NCBI RefSeq assembly: GCF_037975245.1
Contig: NC_092565.1
Coordinates: 23,274,063 to 23,338,062, forward strand
Direction: 5' to 3'
Length of the DNA: 64,000 nucleotides
Source: Apostichopus japonicus
Taxonomy: Eukaryota
Made by a program: the position numbers and the translations under genes. Shown in pieces: positions 26,001-41,000 of the stretch. The first letter of the stretch is position 1, and each line of letters opens with the position of its first letter. The notes under the pieces were generated by a model. That model saw only the letters and a program-made list of their open reading frames with translations. It searched no databases and was not told where the DNA came from.

Positions 26001-29000
26001 AGCAACAACGGGTCTAGACTTTTAATGCATTTTTGGGTAGTTTAATGCATCACAAACATTATATCAAAAGTTCTCCAAAAAATTTCCTGCAGTATTTTTG
26101 TAAGAAACCCTTGAAATTGGGTATGTTATGTAGACATTACGTGCTACGATGCTATGTATTAGGAACACATGTGCTAACGTTAGATTTGGTACAGTGGTGC
26201 ATACATACCACTCTTTTCTTATATGTTAAATTACGACTGATATATTTTTTTTGTAAAATAGTTGGGTCAGGGTTACAAGAATGGTGGAAGAGGATTCTGG
26301 TCTAAGGGTCAGTGAGGATTGTTTTCAGGCATTACAAGTTGTGCCCCCCCCCCCTCCATTTTCGCCAAAATGGTAAAAAATCACATTTTCAACTTTGAAA
26401 TATGAAATACAATTTTTGCACATTATAGCTTAAGGGTTTTAATTATGAAAATGTACCACTTTTAATAAACTCAGATATAATGCTTTGTAATAAATCAAAT
26501 ATTTTTAGATTTTCCCCCTATGTTATGAATGCATTTCGTCTGTGCATGTATGCGTAAATATACACATATAATGAAAAGTTCCTCTCCATAATTGTTACAC
26601 TCCCCATCCAAACTGTTTTACAAATGCGACCCCCTCCCCCTCTACTTTACATGTAGCTAAATCCCTAGTTACAATGAGATGTACCAATGCCCCAAGACCA
26701 GTGAGCTATTTCTTTTGTATAAATCAATATATAAGTTGGCACACTAAGACGTCATGGCATATCGTAGATGTGAAATAAAGTTATAGTCGGTATATATCCG
26801 TTACCTTAGTACTCTTTCTACAGTCTTCTGCAAAACTAGGTACTTTCTCCTTGTTACTGAAATGACATGTTTATAATTCGTATTCGTGCAAAAAGAGTTT
26901 CCAAGGGAGTTAACGTATAAAAGAAAAGATCGACAAGGTTTCGAATGGTATCTTGAATAATAATAGTTCTATATTCTACAAATAATATGAATAATAAAGG
27001 TGAATGGTACAAATAAGTGAATAACAAAGACAGTTAACTTAAGCCCCAGATAGAAAGAAATAATGTATCTATTAAGACTGGGTCGATACACTCAATGGTG
27101 TAGTAGAGCTGGGCCTTTGCGATGATTCAAGATACAGGTTCTTCATCAAAAGGCGCGGCGCGGAATTAATAAGTGATTAAAAGTTCATCCAAGGACAGTT
27201 GTACTAGTCTTAACAGTATCCACTTCAATTCACTGCATGGAAGTCAGATATGGTATGGAAAAGGGAAAGTCTATTCCGTAGTAGAGGTGAAGATAATTAG
27301 ACGAAATAAAAGTCACTAAAGACTTGAATATCCTTCAGTCAAAACTTGAACAGATGCACAGAACATATTAACAATATGAATAAAACAGGTAATGAAATGT
27401 TACGGCAAACAATAAAGAACCGTGATATTGGAACAGGGTCAGGGGCGATGGTTCCCCAACAACAGTATATAAACCTTTGACTGGTTTCAGGACGCAGTAT
27501 TTGCGTCATCGTCATCAGTAAATGTAGTTGTGAATATGCAAGAGGTAAAGCATGCCCATAACACCCTCCTCCCCCCTCCCCTCTCAAAAAAAAGTGTGAT
27601 TTGAAGAAAATGTGGATATTTATCAAAGGTGTCTGGTAGGTAGGGTAATCTACGTAAAGCTACTAATAGCTAAAATGAATATATGAATAAGATCATGTTT
27701 TCTGGTTCCTTTAAACTCTGGGGAACAAAATAATGACAACATGACTTTGAAAAAGTTAACCCTCTTCACAAACTTCAAACTTGATTAAAATTTCAGACTA
27801 AGATATCAAGATTTAACACCATCACAGTTCATCCTCCAAATCATCTTCCCCTGCATCAACAATCTCAACATCTTCTTGGAAGTTGCTGCAATTTATATAT
27901 TTACATAGGTCTGTACACGGTAGTTGTGCATTCATTCAGGAACATCTTCCTTTAAGACATTTGCCGACTCTACAGCTACTGCTGACACACTGAAGCAAAA
28001 CATCTGGGTCAGGTGGCTTCGTCATCCAAGTGATTATAAGGTCATCATTTTCAAGTTTCCATCCATGTCCCTCTGGTGAGAGTGCATCAATCCTTTGCTG
28101 CAATGCCCTACTGTGAATAGCAGCCTGGTTGGTGCAGCGCTTTACATGCTGGATCAGAGCATCTTTTGTTGGTGGTAAACTCTGCTCTGAGGAGGAGATG
28201 AACAGAACACCTTGTACCATGAAATTCGATATTTTTGAGTCTCACATTTTATGATGGGGTACCAATATAATTACAATTCAGCTAGAAATATGTTGCAAAT
28301 TACTTTAATAATTTCAATGGAAAGATTAACCTGATATTGCATCTCAAAGCGTTTAGAGAATTTTTTAATTTTCCTTGGGGGAGGACCCCCATATTCCAAA
28401 AGTCCTAGATCCACCCCTGAACACTCAATGAACCACACATTGGAGAGAGAGTACTTTACCTTTCAAGATCTGTATGTCTTCCTTGTCAAGAATTGTATCT
28501 AGTTTCTTCAACATAGAGAGTGGTACCTCACTTCAATGGCAACACGGTCTTTTCCTCTAATATTCATAAAATCTGGGCTCATCTTTTTTCCGCTCTGCTG
28601 CTTGTCGCAGCAATACCTTAATAAAATGAAATAAAAAAGCAAATTGTTTTGCATTTTCTGTTGATCAAAATGTAAGTTTGAACAAATAAGAACTAAGACA
28701 ATTTTATTTATATACCATGTGATCTGCTCATCTTCTATGGACAAACAAAGACACATTCAAATTTTGCAAACCAGTGTCATGCAAAAAAGAATTAAAACTG
28801 GCTTTTTTTTGACAGTACAGTACATTATCTCTTAATGTTATGGTTTAAATTATACAATGGTAGATTATATCTGTTACTAATAATAAAGGAGACAGATACT
28901 TGTTCATTTTGGTAAAGCTAGACAGGCTGACCATAAGACCTTGCAAACCTAACCTTATTGCACCTTTGTTACACTTATTTTTCTAACTAATATAATATCC

Positions 29001-32000
29001 CTATCATTCAAATAAAGGGCCACAGTAAGAAAACTATGAAGCCTGTATTTAACACTTAGGCTAGTGCCCAGATGGAGAATTTGACACAAATTTCCGTTCC
29101 TACCACCATATAACAAAACAAATCAGATGACCATGCCACTAATTATATTATGTTCAGGTCCAACACTGTGCCCTTTGACTTGGATTATATCCCTTAAGAG
29201 CTACTGATCTTGCATTATGCAACTTCTCTTAACACTTCAACTATGCCACAGAAGTACAAGTAGAGTCGTGTAGTATGCTTAGGCTTACCTCCATCGAAAG
29301 TCTCTGCCTGCTGCAGCTTGTCCCGTTTGCAACGCCTAGTAATGTATTGTTTCTTTTCCCACATATAATAAATTGAACAGGCAATACACCAGAGCTTCTG
29401 CTTGGTTTCCTCGATCTTTTCCGTCAATTCTTCCTTTAAAATCATATGGGGTCTCGTCTGGAACTGTCCGTTTTCTTGCAGCAATGTGCTTGCTATCAAT
29501 GAACCGCCTGTAACACTTATCGTGGAACCCCATCATACTATGCTGTTGAACACACGCTTCATCGTAGTAGGCCATGGAGTAATCAGTAGTACGGCGATAT
29601 CACTGTCTCCCCCGCTGAGATTAAGCCAATCTTTAGCGCAGGAAGTAACTTTAGTCCATCGTTTATTCGTCAGTGCCTTGAATGCTTCAAATTTTACAGA
29701 TTCAATGTGCACTGAGCACTGTAGATTTCCGTGTGTCGGAGACTGACTAGCGCCCGTGGGAGCCGCCATGTTTGTTGTTTTCTACAAAGATTGCACACAG
29801 AACTCATGGCTCATTGGACAATTCATATCACATGGTACAGATATCTCACTGGCGCACAACTTTTGAACGTAAAACGGCAAGTTTCTTAACATACGCAATA
29901 AAAAATATAGTTCGATCTTTCAAGCGGAATTGCAAAAAAACTGCAGGAAAGTACATGGAGAACTTTTGGATCATTAATCTTAATTAATTTATATATTCAA
30001 TGCTGTAGAGAAATTTTAGACCCGCAGTTGCTGGAACGAAACAAGCGAATTTCGACCTTCACCTGATGGCCTATATCTTTTATTGATCGCGTCAGGAAGT
30101 TCAACAACTCAAAAGGAATACAATTTGAGACATCTGTTTCTTTCCCCCTCTGTTGTTTTATATTCTCTGTAATGTCATGTGGAGAAAATACTTATGTGTG
30201 TGAATGTTCTTCACACAAACACTTTAAAAAACATCCTACATGCCTCCAAAACACATCTTCTTGATGTACCCTTCAAATCCATTCGTGAATTGCATAGAAT
30301 TAAATTTCATTTATTGTTTCAATTTTTCTCCTCCTTAGAGAAACCTAAAGAGCGTAAATGCGGTGATCGTTGGATGATTCGGGGACCGCGCTGCTACATA
30401 CCTCCTATAGAGTTGGATGTCGTCGAACAAGGAGATGGACAACTTGTCCGGTAAGTCAAATAATTAACTACCTTCGAATGACTCCCTTATAATTTATCAA
30501 CGAACAGAAACATACAATTTCTGAAAGACAAATCTGAACTTTTCTTCTTCCCTATATCAAGTGAACATGGAATGTTATCTTCATTCATATTGTATTATCT
30601 CTGATATTAGTTCCACTAGCCAACCATTGATTGGTTAAAGTTTGCACTTGAATTAATGCTTAATGGTTCAATTCATAGAGAGAAGGACCTTGTTCTCTGG
30701 AGTACTACTTGTTCATATCCTCTTCAAGCCCAAAAGTTCTAACCTCTATCGAAACAAACTTTATATTTCCCAACATCGTTTATCCTTTACTCAAATAATA
30801 AAGCAAAGAGACAATTTTTTTAAAGCTTATCTTCTCTCAGTTAAAAAATGAACTAAGTGAAATAGACATACATCATTATGATCCCTTTGGTCGTATAGTA
30901 TGGAACTAATTATTAAATACTAATTAACATTGATCAGTGATTATTTTTGGAAGATGATAACAACAAAGCAAATCTAACTTCAGTGTTTGTTGATGATGTG
31001 ACAAGGTCTTGATTTTACTTTTTTGTCTTTTATAGAAAAGCCATACCTCTTGGCGAAAATGAGGGAATCTATGTGAGAAATCTGCAATCTGGAGAGGTAA
31101 TTTCTTGTCTATGTAATTTGTGACCAAACTTTTTTTCTTCTTCCTTTTATTAATTTTTATCATCCCATAAAAATCATTTTCAGACCATTTGTGTTACTCT
31201 ATAAACTTCTTGAGATCATGGTCTTCTGTGTCACGATTCCTATGGTATTTGTATGTATGATTGTAGTCAATTATGAGAGGGCTCTTTATGTTTATTTTTC
31301 ATTTGTTGCTGATTTATTGAAACTAGTCACGTAGCATTATTAGATTTACAAATCCAGATTCCACTTTTTACCATATTCACTCAAGTAACAAGAGCAACTT
31401 TTGGCTCAACTGCTATAGAATTTGTTGTTTCTTGCAAAAAGCTGTTTTTATTTGAGCTCTTTAATAACTCTTGATATATATATATGAACCACAACTATTG
31501 ATTTTATTATGAAAAGTAGGCTAGGCCTTGTTTCATTTGCTTTAATGTTTTCTTTAGCCATGGTTATTATTTTTTAAATGAAACAGATTTTCGTGAGGTA
31601 TTTCAGGGAACAAGTTAGTTTCCAATTTTTGTGTAACAGTTTTGAGTGCTCCTAATTTATGTGTCTTCTAAAATACTATGTGTCCCTGTGTAAGAAACTG
31701 CTATGCATCTTGGGACTTGTAAAGCAGTTTGATCATTTGCATATTTTTTTTGCCATGTGATGCTGGATAACTTGTTCCCTCTATTGAAGTTGTGCAAGAA
31801 ACTAAAAATGACCTATTTGCATGTTGACCAATGACTGGTTGCAATCAAAACCAGTTGTGTAAAGATTGAATACATCTGGTAGTAGTGTTTTGTAGACGTG
31901 TAGTGTGTCTGCACTCTTAGTCTAGCCCAGTTGCCTTAGTAGTGTTTTGCAGACGTGTCATGTGTCTGCACTTTTAGTCTAGCTCAGTTGCCTCAGTACT

Positions 32001-35000
32001 CATACTCAGCCTCATGGGTTTGTACTTGTATTATACCTGTAAAGATTGAATACATCCGGTAGTAGTGTTTTGCAGACGTGTAGTGTGTCTGCACTCTTAG
32101 TCTAGCTCAGTTGCCTCTGTACTCATACTCAGCCTCATGGGTTTGTACTTGTATTATTTCTCAGATATTTGGGAAATCTAGTATATAAAGTAGTGCAATG
32201 TATGTACTCGTCCTAACACATGGAGCCCTGTACTGGTATTTGTACTTGACCCTGCACTCATCCTTGTGACTGTGTGTGTAATCCTACTTGCACCACAAAG
32301 AATTCCAAATTGGTAAGCCATGTCTATATATTTAATTTATGCGGATTACACGATCAATAAAGGTTTCCGGTTCTAAACTTCACAGGTGAAGGCCATCATG
32401 GGACCGCAGTCATACCTCTTAACAGAACACGAACAACTCTGGCAGAAAGAGTTACCAGAAGTCGTGGAGAAGATTTTACAGTAAGTTAACAGTGGAATGC
32501 AAAATACATGGAATTTTTACTTAAATTACTTAAAATAAAGTTCTTGTCGTAGTTTGGCTAAGATATCCACCAATCTCAAGGAAATGTAAGCATAACAAGT
32601 TCCATTTTCTCCTAAAGCGAACTAAGATAACTGGAAGTCTGAAATCAACTAATGAATGATATGTTAAGGTAATAGCCTTTTATAAGCAGATGTATCTTTC
32701 GGGTTTAACTTTCCACTTCCCAATGAAACGAGTGAAATGGTGAAGAGTTATTGCACAACCAGTAGCTTTTGAAAATGAAGTCTTACGCTTTCAGGAAATT
32801 TAAAGTAGAGGAAGCTGACATTTGAAAGAGGTGATTTCAAAACAGATTTAGCAGTATTCATCCTTGAATGGGATGGATTTAAAATCTAAATATTGAAAGA
32901 CTATAATATGTAAATAAAACGAGACAATTATCAATTCAACTTTTTTTATTCAACAACATTCAAAGCATTTACAGCGATGTGTTCAGACAAGAGACTTAAA
33001 ACATGATAAATGGTTGAGGGGATTACACAAGGGAGCTACTAAAAGACTGTGGAATGTGAATCTGTTTTACAGAGAAAAAGAACAAAAGGTTTTAATTGTC
33101 TCAAGGGTTATCATGGGTTAATTTAAATGGGGGTTATGTATTTTGATGTGAATATGTACAGAACAGAGTAGATTAAATTATGTATGTTTCAGATTGCTAC
33201 ATGGAAGTATTTTGTGTATGTACCTTATATTTTCATTTAAATTAATATACCTTAAACTTCTCTTCTGTTTGATAACTAAAATTGTTGACTCTTTTCTTTC
33301 ACCAACAGAAATGGAGGTGGTTTTGGTGAAGGGGATATTAGAAAACTTGCCTATTTTGAGTCATCTATTGATTCCGAATTTAGTGGAGAAAAGGTGAAGA
33401 AATAAAGAGATTTTGCATCATAAAACGTTTAATTTAACATGATTGTTTGCATCAGATATGCTTCCATATTCTCGTCATTCTTGTATGAGGAAATCGACCT
33501 GCATATTTGATAAGATTCTTGATAAGATTGTAGCCTTTGGAATGTGATAATCAAATTTGAGGATTTTTTCATTTTATTTTAGCTGAAACTGTTATTTTAT
33601 GAGTTTCGGTTTGTTTGGAATGTTTGGAATATGCCCTTAATGCAAATCTGATGATTTGAAAATAACTCAACATAGGTCTGAGTAATAGTCGGTGAACTCA
33701 TGTTAAATATGCTCTGCTAGATCTTTAAAAGAAAAGTTTTTTTTGTTTTTTTGTTCTCTAATTTTAAGCCCAATATATCAGCAAAAGGAGACCAAATGAT
33801 AACAGCCAAGTCGTCCACACACATTCACAAAATAAATTACTCCAAGGAATTTAAGCTAAGATGGTTATTTGGTTGTCCAACCGCATTTAAGTTGTCTAGA
33901 AGAATCAGACAACCATTAAAAAAAAGTTATCAAGTCAGAAGTATAACGTCCTTCTTACATCTCTGTGTAGCAAAACTTTCCTGTTTTGTTGGCGACATAT
34001 ATCTCATTCATGCAAAAATTTCTTCATTTTACAGCCCAGGAACAAAACCAGAGTCATTCGTTACAGATGTCCACACAACACTGCTGTACAGGTAATATTG
34101 AGAATTAATAACTTCCCATGACCTCATTAGTGATTCATGTTGCATATGTAAATTATATTAATGTTAGACGGCCTGACATTTCGATCTTAGCATGACCATC
34201 TTCAGATGGGAACTATTTGCTGTTTTTTGGGCTTTTCTTTGAGTTATATATAAGTGTTAATGGTGGATATTGGTTTGGGATCTTTTTATTATTTTTTGTG
34301 TGTATCCATAACCTTTCCAAAAGTGATCCGCAGATGTATCATGTATGTCCTTGTTGTTGTTGTTTTTTTGTTGTTGCTATGGTGGACTGTGTAATGATGT
34401 TGCTCGGCCCTTCCTCTTCTCGTGAATGAATTTCAATAGATTAACTGGTGCCAGAGCACCAAAAAATGAATTATTGAGGGAGATGTAACATTTTACATGA
34501 GTGATAATATCTCTCGATTAAAAAAAAACAAAGATTGTGTGCTTTGAAATATCACATAGATTGTGTGATATCATTAGCAAGTAAGTTGTATTATTTAGTA
34601 GTTACAATAATTAATACTCAATTCATATCTATTTCTACACACTCACACACACCATTGTTGCACACACACACACAACCACACACACACACATGCAAAATCT
34701 TTCATGGTGATTCTACTGCATGGTATTTATTTACTCTATTTATCATCATATCAGTCTCTTACCCACCCACCTTCCAACCCCCTCCCTCCCCTACCTACTG
34801 AAGGAAGAAATGGGCACTTTTTGTAAATGTATAATTTTTTCTTGCTATTTCCCAAACAGGTTTACAAATACCAGGAGAAAGTTGGACGAGTCGTATTTGG
34901 ACCAGATATGGCCATCCTTGGCCCACATGAAGATTTTAATGTACTTAGCTTGAGTGGTATGTAAAGAAAATGGTTGTAAATGTTACATTACTTGTAACAT

Positions 35001-38000
35001 ATCCTAATGATTATCTTTTTACCCAAGTAAAAGTAGCCTTGCCGATTGCACACAATGTTAAGCAGTAATACCTACTGTATGTTCAGTATCTTTGAGTACT
35101 AGCTGAGGGCCGGGGGGGGGGGGGCCGGTTGGGACAGGAGAAGAATAAATATGCGTAGCTGGCAACATCAACAGACTGATACTGTTAAATTTGATTGTTA
35201 AGCAACCTTGGAATCTCAGCCACTTCGTTTATGATGTCCTTGTGGAAAATGTTGTCAGCGATAACCTCTGTTTATGCAAATTTGAAATAATATAAGTAAA
35301 TTGAGACAACAGCAAAGTGTTTTTAAAACTGCAGAAGCAGATTTTTCCCTTTCTAGCTGGTAAAATTACTTTGCTTTATCAAATTTTGAGATAAACCAAA
35401 TATTGAGATATTGTTTCTTCTACAGCTGGGAAGCCCAAGAAGGAGAATGCTCTTCAAACCATCTGTCTAATGCTTGGACCTGATTATATCACTGATATTA
35501 TTGAGGTAATGAATATTTATACCATGTTTATTCATGAGGAATATTTATATCATGTTTATTCATGAAGAAAGTGCTATGTAGCTAATGTTTTATGAAGATA
35601 AGCAATAAGTGATCTTTGTATAAAAGTTGCTATTTTTGTGTTTTCTTTGCTACAATCTGGGGAAACCATACTTGACCATTAAAATGATTTAATTTATCTT
35701 GTATTTTATTTTTTATTTTATTACACTTTTTTCTCTTTTTTTCTGCAGGTCGAAACATCTGATCACGCTCGTTTGAGAATCCGATTAGCTTTCAATAACT
35801 TCTTTGAGGTCAGTGCTTGTGATGAATTCTGGTGAGAATTTGAGATGTGGTGAAATGTCTGACTCTGTGTGTAAATGTGGTATATCCTTCAATGAAAGTA
35901 CATATAGACAGGACAGGTAGTTTCGGCATTATGGTAACTCTCCAAAGTATGGTGTCCTAAACCTAGGCATTCATTCATAACATATTCCCCCCCCCCACCT
36001 ACCCCCAACCCTTTATCTATATAGTGACAGTAGTGTATTATCATGAACAAACTTGTCTTGTATTATTGATTCACTCTATGGGTAGATATGCATTTTATTA
36101 CCATTTTAGCAGTTTGAATAAGGGGTGGAGATAGCACGGTGGTGGGGTGTGGATCAGATAAGCAGACTACAAGGTATTTGTATGCTCAATTGGTCCAGTC
36201 TGTGTGAACATGATTTTCCCTTGTAAAATTGTTAGGCAGAGCAAAATGTTTCCAATGAATTGATGATATTTTTTACCTCTTCCCATCCATTAGTTTGAGC
36301 AAGGAAATGAGGTGGAGGAAAAATTGATATTTTCTGTACCAGATTTCATCGGTTTCGCTTGTCGGCAAGTTGGTGAGTGAAGTTCTTGTGTTTCAGTTTA
36401 CATTGTCAGAGAATACTTCAGAAGCTTTGTTTTCCTCTGGAATTGGCAGTCAATACCATTCATCTTTGGTATCTACGAATACGCAGAAGCTTTAATCTAT
36501 GTGAATATTTTGTTTAAATAAAAATAAAATGAAGAATAACTAGCAAAAGGGTGGGCTCAAAAAATCCCTTCTGGTAACTTTCACATTCACAACTTTTATA
36601 ATGTCTCACAGAATGTGTTTCTGGTAGCCTGAATAGCTCCCCATCTCGACACGTCCGTGTAGCCAGTCTGTTAAGATAGAAGTTGCCGGCCTTTGGCCTC
36701 ATATTTATGTTTTCCTATTGATGAATTGATGTGTTCTAATCATCTTTGTCTTAAATCTTTCTCAAGATGAATTGCTTATTGATTAATAAACTGATTATTG
36801 ATTTTGCTCCTTTTTAACAAACAGGGAGTAGAATCAGAGGAGCAGTGTCAAGGGTCAAATTTGACGAGTTTCATCGCCATTCTATGAAGCTTCTGCAAGT
36901 GGCTGTCTTTGGAACGGATGATAAAGGCCAAATGAAGTCAAAACTGAAATTTGAAGCCAACAAATTGGTGAGTTTTGTGTGGTCTGATTATTCACATTAA
37001 AACATAGTCGCAAGATTTATAGTAAGAATGAGAACATTTTCCAAGAAAAGAGTTGAACTGTTTTAATAGGTCAGGTCAGGTCAGGTCAGGTCATTCTTTT
37101 CCACTTGTTTACACCAAGGGATTTTGGTAGAGACTGGTTGTTGCAGTAGCTTTTTGTAATCTTAAAGCAGATATCTGTTTGTGCTTATTAATAGTCAGCA
37201 ATTTTACCAAACTCTACCAATTATTATCTCATAAAAGGGCTAATTAACTAAGAAACTGTTTAGAGTTTTTCACCTTCTATATATAAATGTTTGACTAATT
37301 TGTGGAATACTTCAAATTCTAATAAAGCTGTTGCCAAGGCACTATTTTCATGTACTGTTGATCATGTGCAAGATCAAGATGACCACTTTCAACGATTTTG
37401 TTACATATTATTTTCATTATCTGACTTGAAAATTAAGTAGTCACACTAATGAACTGAATTGTTAAGGAGATTTTTTTCCTGTTACAAATTTACCATCATC
37501 GATGGAAGAAAGCCTCTTTAAACCGTAAAGCAACTAGATGTTTCTGTTGAATTTACAAATGTGAATGTTCAGAAAGTAGTGAATTACAGTCAACGTGACC
37601 ATAAATTATAATCTTTCAATTATCTGCTCTTTCATCATCATTTGTTTGTAGTATCCATCAGTCCTTTGATATTTATATTTTATTTTTAGGTCATCACTAA
37701 TATAGACATTCAGTCTGTTGAGCCGGTGGACCAGACCATGAAAGACAGCTTGCTCAAATCGGTTCAAATGGCAATAGAAATTGCAACCAGGTGAGTGAAA
37801 TAATTAAATTATTAAAACAAAAGAACCTAAACTTGACAAACCGTGTCATTTCATGTATTTATGATAGTAGCTCCGAATGGACTCACAAGGGTATTAAATT
37901 ATACACAGGCTCAATGGTGACATAATTTTGCCAGCCAAGAAAAACATGAAAGGCATAATGGAAGACTTTTAGGTGCACAAGGGGGAAACCCTAAATATTG

Positions 38001-41000
38001 TATCCCAAAATTTGAATGATGATTTCAATGTGAATAAAAGACAGAAGAGAAGAAAGTGGGTTGTTTTGCTTAGTAATTCTAAGGTGATTTTTGTTTCTCT
38101 TTGTCTGTGAGGTAGGATTTCTCACCCCCCCCCCACCCAGATCCTTCTACATCAAAGAGAAAAGCATATTGTGGACATTTCCCCCCCCCCCCCCTCCACT
38201 ATTCTTAGAAGCTGCAAATCCACTGCTACTATGTAATCAAATCTCTTGATTTCTTTTTCTTTTGTCAGTTCTGTAGAGAGGACAGCTGGCCACGAGGCAG
38301 CTCGCAAGGAACAAGAGGCCAAAGGACATCTGGAGAGACAACGACTGGTGAATCAGAAGGAAGCAGAGAAAGCCAGGAGTATTTTATACGAACTCAGAGC
38401 CCAGACATCGGCTGTGGAATCAACAGGGCAGGCCAAAGCAGAGGCACAGGTGAGGCACCAGCTAGTACACTCTTTCAGGAAATAGTAAACATGTTAAAGT
38501 GATTACTTCAAAGTGATTACTTTCTGGTAGCAGGAGCAAATTGTACCAAAAATTTGGTCACAAAAAGTCAGCATGACTGATAGGTAGAAATTACTTGGGG
38601 AAAACTGTTATATTGGTAGATAAAACAACACATACTGCCCACCCCACCCCTCCCCCCCTTGCCCCACTTCATTCTCTCCTTGAGTTTGTAGATGCTTATC
38701 TGGTGAAGCGAGTGTCAACCAACTTTTACTCGGTTAGACTAAGATGTTGAGATGAAGTTTTCACCCTCCAGTGTGGTATATTATTACATTGATATATCCA
38801 TACAACATCCTGTGGCTATATTTGCATGGGTCCTTAGAACCCCAGACTCCTCCACCCAAAGAAAGAAAACACTTGTGTTTCAACTGTCTCCTCAGGCTCT
38901 GCATATCCTTCTCAGACTACCACTAAATAAGTATAAGAAAAATGGTGAGCTGCCCTCTCCCCCTGTCGCTACCAAAGAAGAAGGAGATTTAGACACCCAT
39001 AAACTTCAAGGTGGCTATGCATTGATATGTATATATATCACTAATGAGTGAGTTATTGTTTATGTTCAGGCTCAAGCTGAGAAGCTCTTGATAGAGGGCC
39101 AGAGCAGTATTGATGAAGCAACCCTGAAACAGGAGGCTGAGAACATCATTCACTCTACCGACCTGGAGATACAGACAATGCTGAGAGAGGCAGAACTGTC
39201 TTACCAGCAGCAACAGGACACGCTGGAGTTAGATACGAAGAAGAGGATGGCAGAAATAGAGGTGAAATGGACGTTAATGGGTCCTGAATGGGTGGTGAGG
39301 TGGGAGGAAAGGGTGTATAGGGACCAAGGTTTGTGTACTAAAGAAGGCTTGGAGGAGGGAGGAAAGGGTGAAAGCAGGAACAAGGTTTCTGTACTAAAGA
39401 ATGCTTGGAAGTGGGAGGAAAGGGTGTATAGGGACCAAGGTTTGTGTACTAAAGAAGGCTTGGAGGAGGGAGGAAAGGGTGTAAGCAGGACCAAGGTTTG
39501 TATACTAAAGAAGGCTTGGAAGTGGGAGGGATGGGTGTAAGGAGGACCAATGCCTGTGTACTAAAGAGTGCCTGGAGGAGGGAGGAAAGGGTGTTAGTAG
39601 GACTAAGGCTTGTGTACTAAAGATTGCTTGGAGGAGGGAGGAAAGGGTGTAAGCAGGACCAAGGCTTGTGTACTAAAGATTGTCTGGAGGAGGGTGGGAA
39701 GGGTGTAAGTAGGACTAAGGCTTGTGTACTAAAGATTGCTTGGAGGAGGGAGGGAAGGGTGTAAGTAGGGCCAAGGCTTGTGTACTAAAGACTTAAGACT
39801 AAAGTACTGGCTGGTACATCTGTATCAAGTTGGGCATTGTTTGCTTTGTAAGTGATTTCTTGAAATAAAGTCTCTTTGTCAAGGTAGACATGTTTTTTTC
39901 ATCTTGCAGGTTGAGAAATTTGCATCCATGGTGGACAGTATTGGAATTGAGACCATCACAAAGATAGCCATTGCTGGACCTGCATCCAAGGTAAAGATTA
40001 CCTTAGAATGACCAGAGGTTTATTCACCATACATTCCTGGTTTTAAGTAATTGTATACCTGGAAGTGTTTTATGTTTGCTTTAGTTTCTCTTCTGATAGC
40101 TTGGTTAAAATGTACCTGATATCATATTTAGAAACTCAGTTTTCCCACACAGTTTCCAAAGTACATTTTGTGTTAAGTGTACTAAAATTGCAGTCTACTC
40201 GTTAAGGGAAATCGATAATATGTGAATAATTACAATCTAGGACACTGAAAATGGGAGGGCTGTCGATGCCCTATGATGGTCAAGTCTGCCTATAGAAAAA
40301 CAGTCTTCCTCAAATTCAATTGAGCATTAATAACTTGTTACTTGATAGCACAAACTACCCAAAGTACTGCCATTAGGATTCATCCTTGAGCGCACCTAAT
40401 TAATTGACCAGTCACCTGTATGATTGTAAACACAAGTGCTCTTTTGGTCAGCACTACTTTCCTGTATGAAGACAAATTTGGCTTGACCACTGAAATAGTA
40501 CACTTTGTGTTTAAACATGAATTTGTGTAAAGGAGCGTTCAGTATGGCTAGCATTATGAACTCGGGTCGATATTAAATCTCCCTTTTTTGGCCCAAAACA
40601 GGGGACTCGGTTGGTATTTGCTATAGGCAGGGTAGACCATAATGCCTTCTCTCAGCCCCTTAATCCTTTTCCATCTCCTGTTCTGTTTTTTCCATTCTTC
40701 TTGGTTTAATTGAGAGAAGCAGTCAAGTATGGAAAAAGTGTTTACTTGATGCTTACAGGCCAGACTATCTAAAAGAGGATAAAGTCTTAATTCAAAGTAA
40801 AAAGAAAACGAGAGAATTACCTTTCTATTGTTATTACCTGTTAGTTTCTTTGGCCAGTCAGTGAACTACCATTGGTATATTCTGTGAGCTGCACTCACTG
40901 ACTTTTGTGAGGGAAGCAAAAATGGTAACCATTTTGTACAAATGGACAATCTTATATTGAAACAACCTTACTGATTATGGTTTGTTGTTTAAGTCAATAA

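Noticed and set aside
39088-39540. 150-aa plus-strand ORF continuing from MVP exon 23 (and antisense ORF 39201..39494)
   Set aside because: It is read-through of the exon 23 donor into the 60-bp minisatellite. The repetitive peptide ([23 protein letters not shown] x2) is a repeat artefact. The authentic donor is gtgaaa at 39262 and homology resumes at exon 24.
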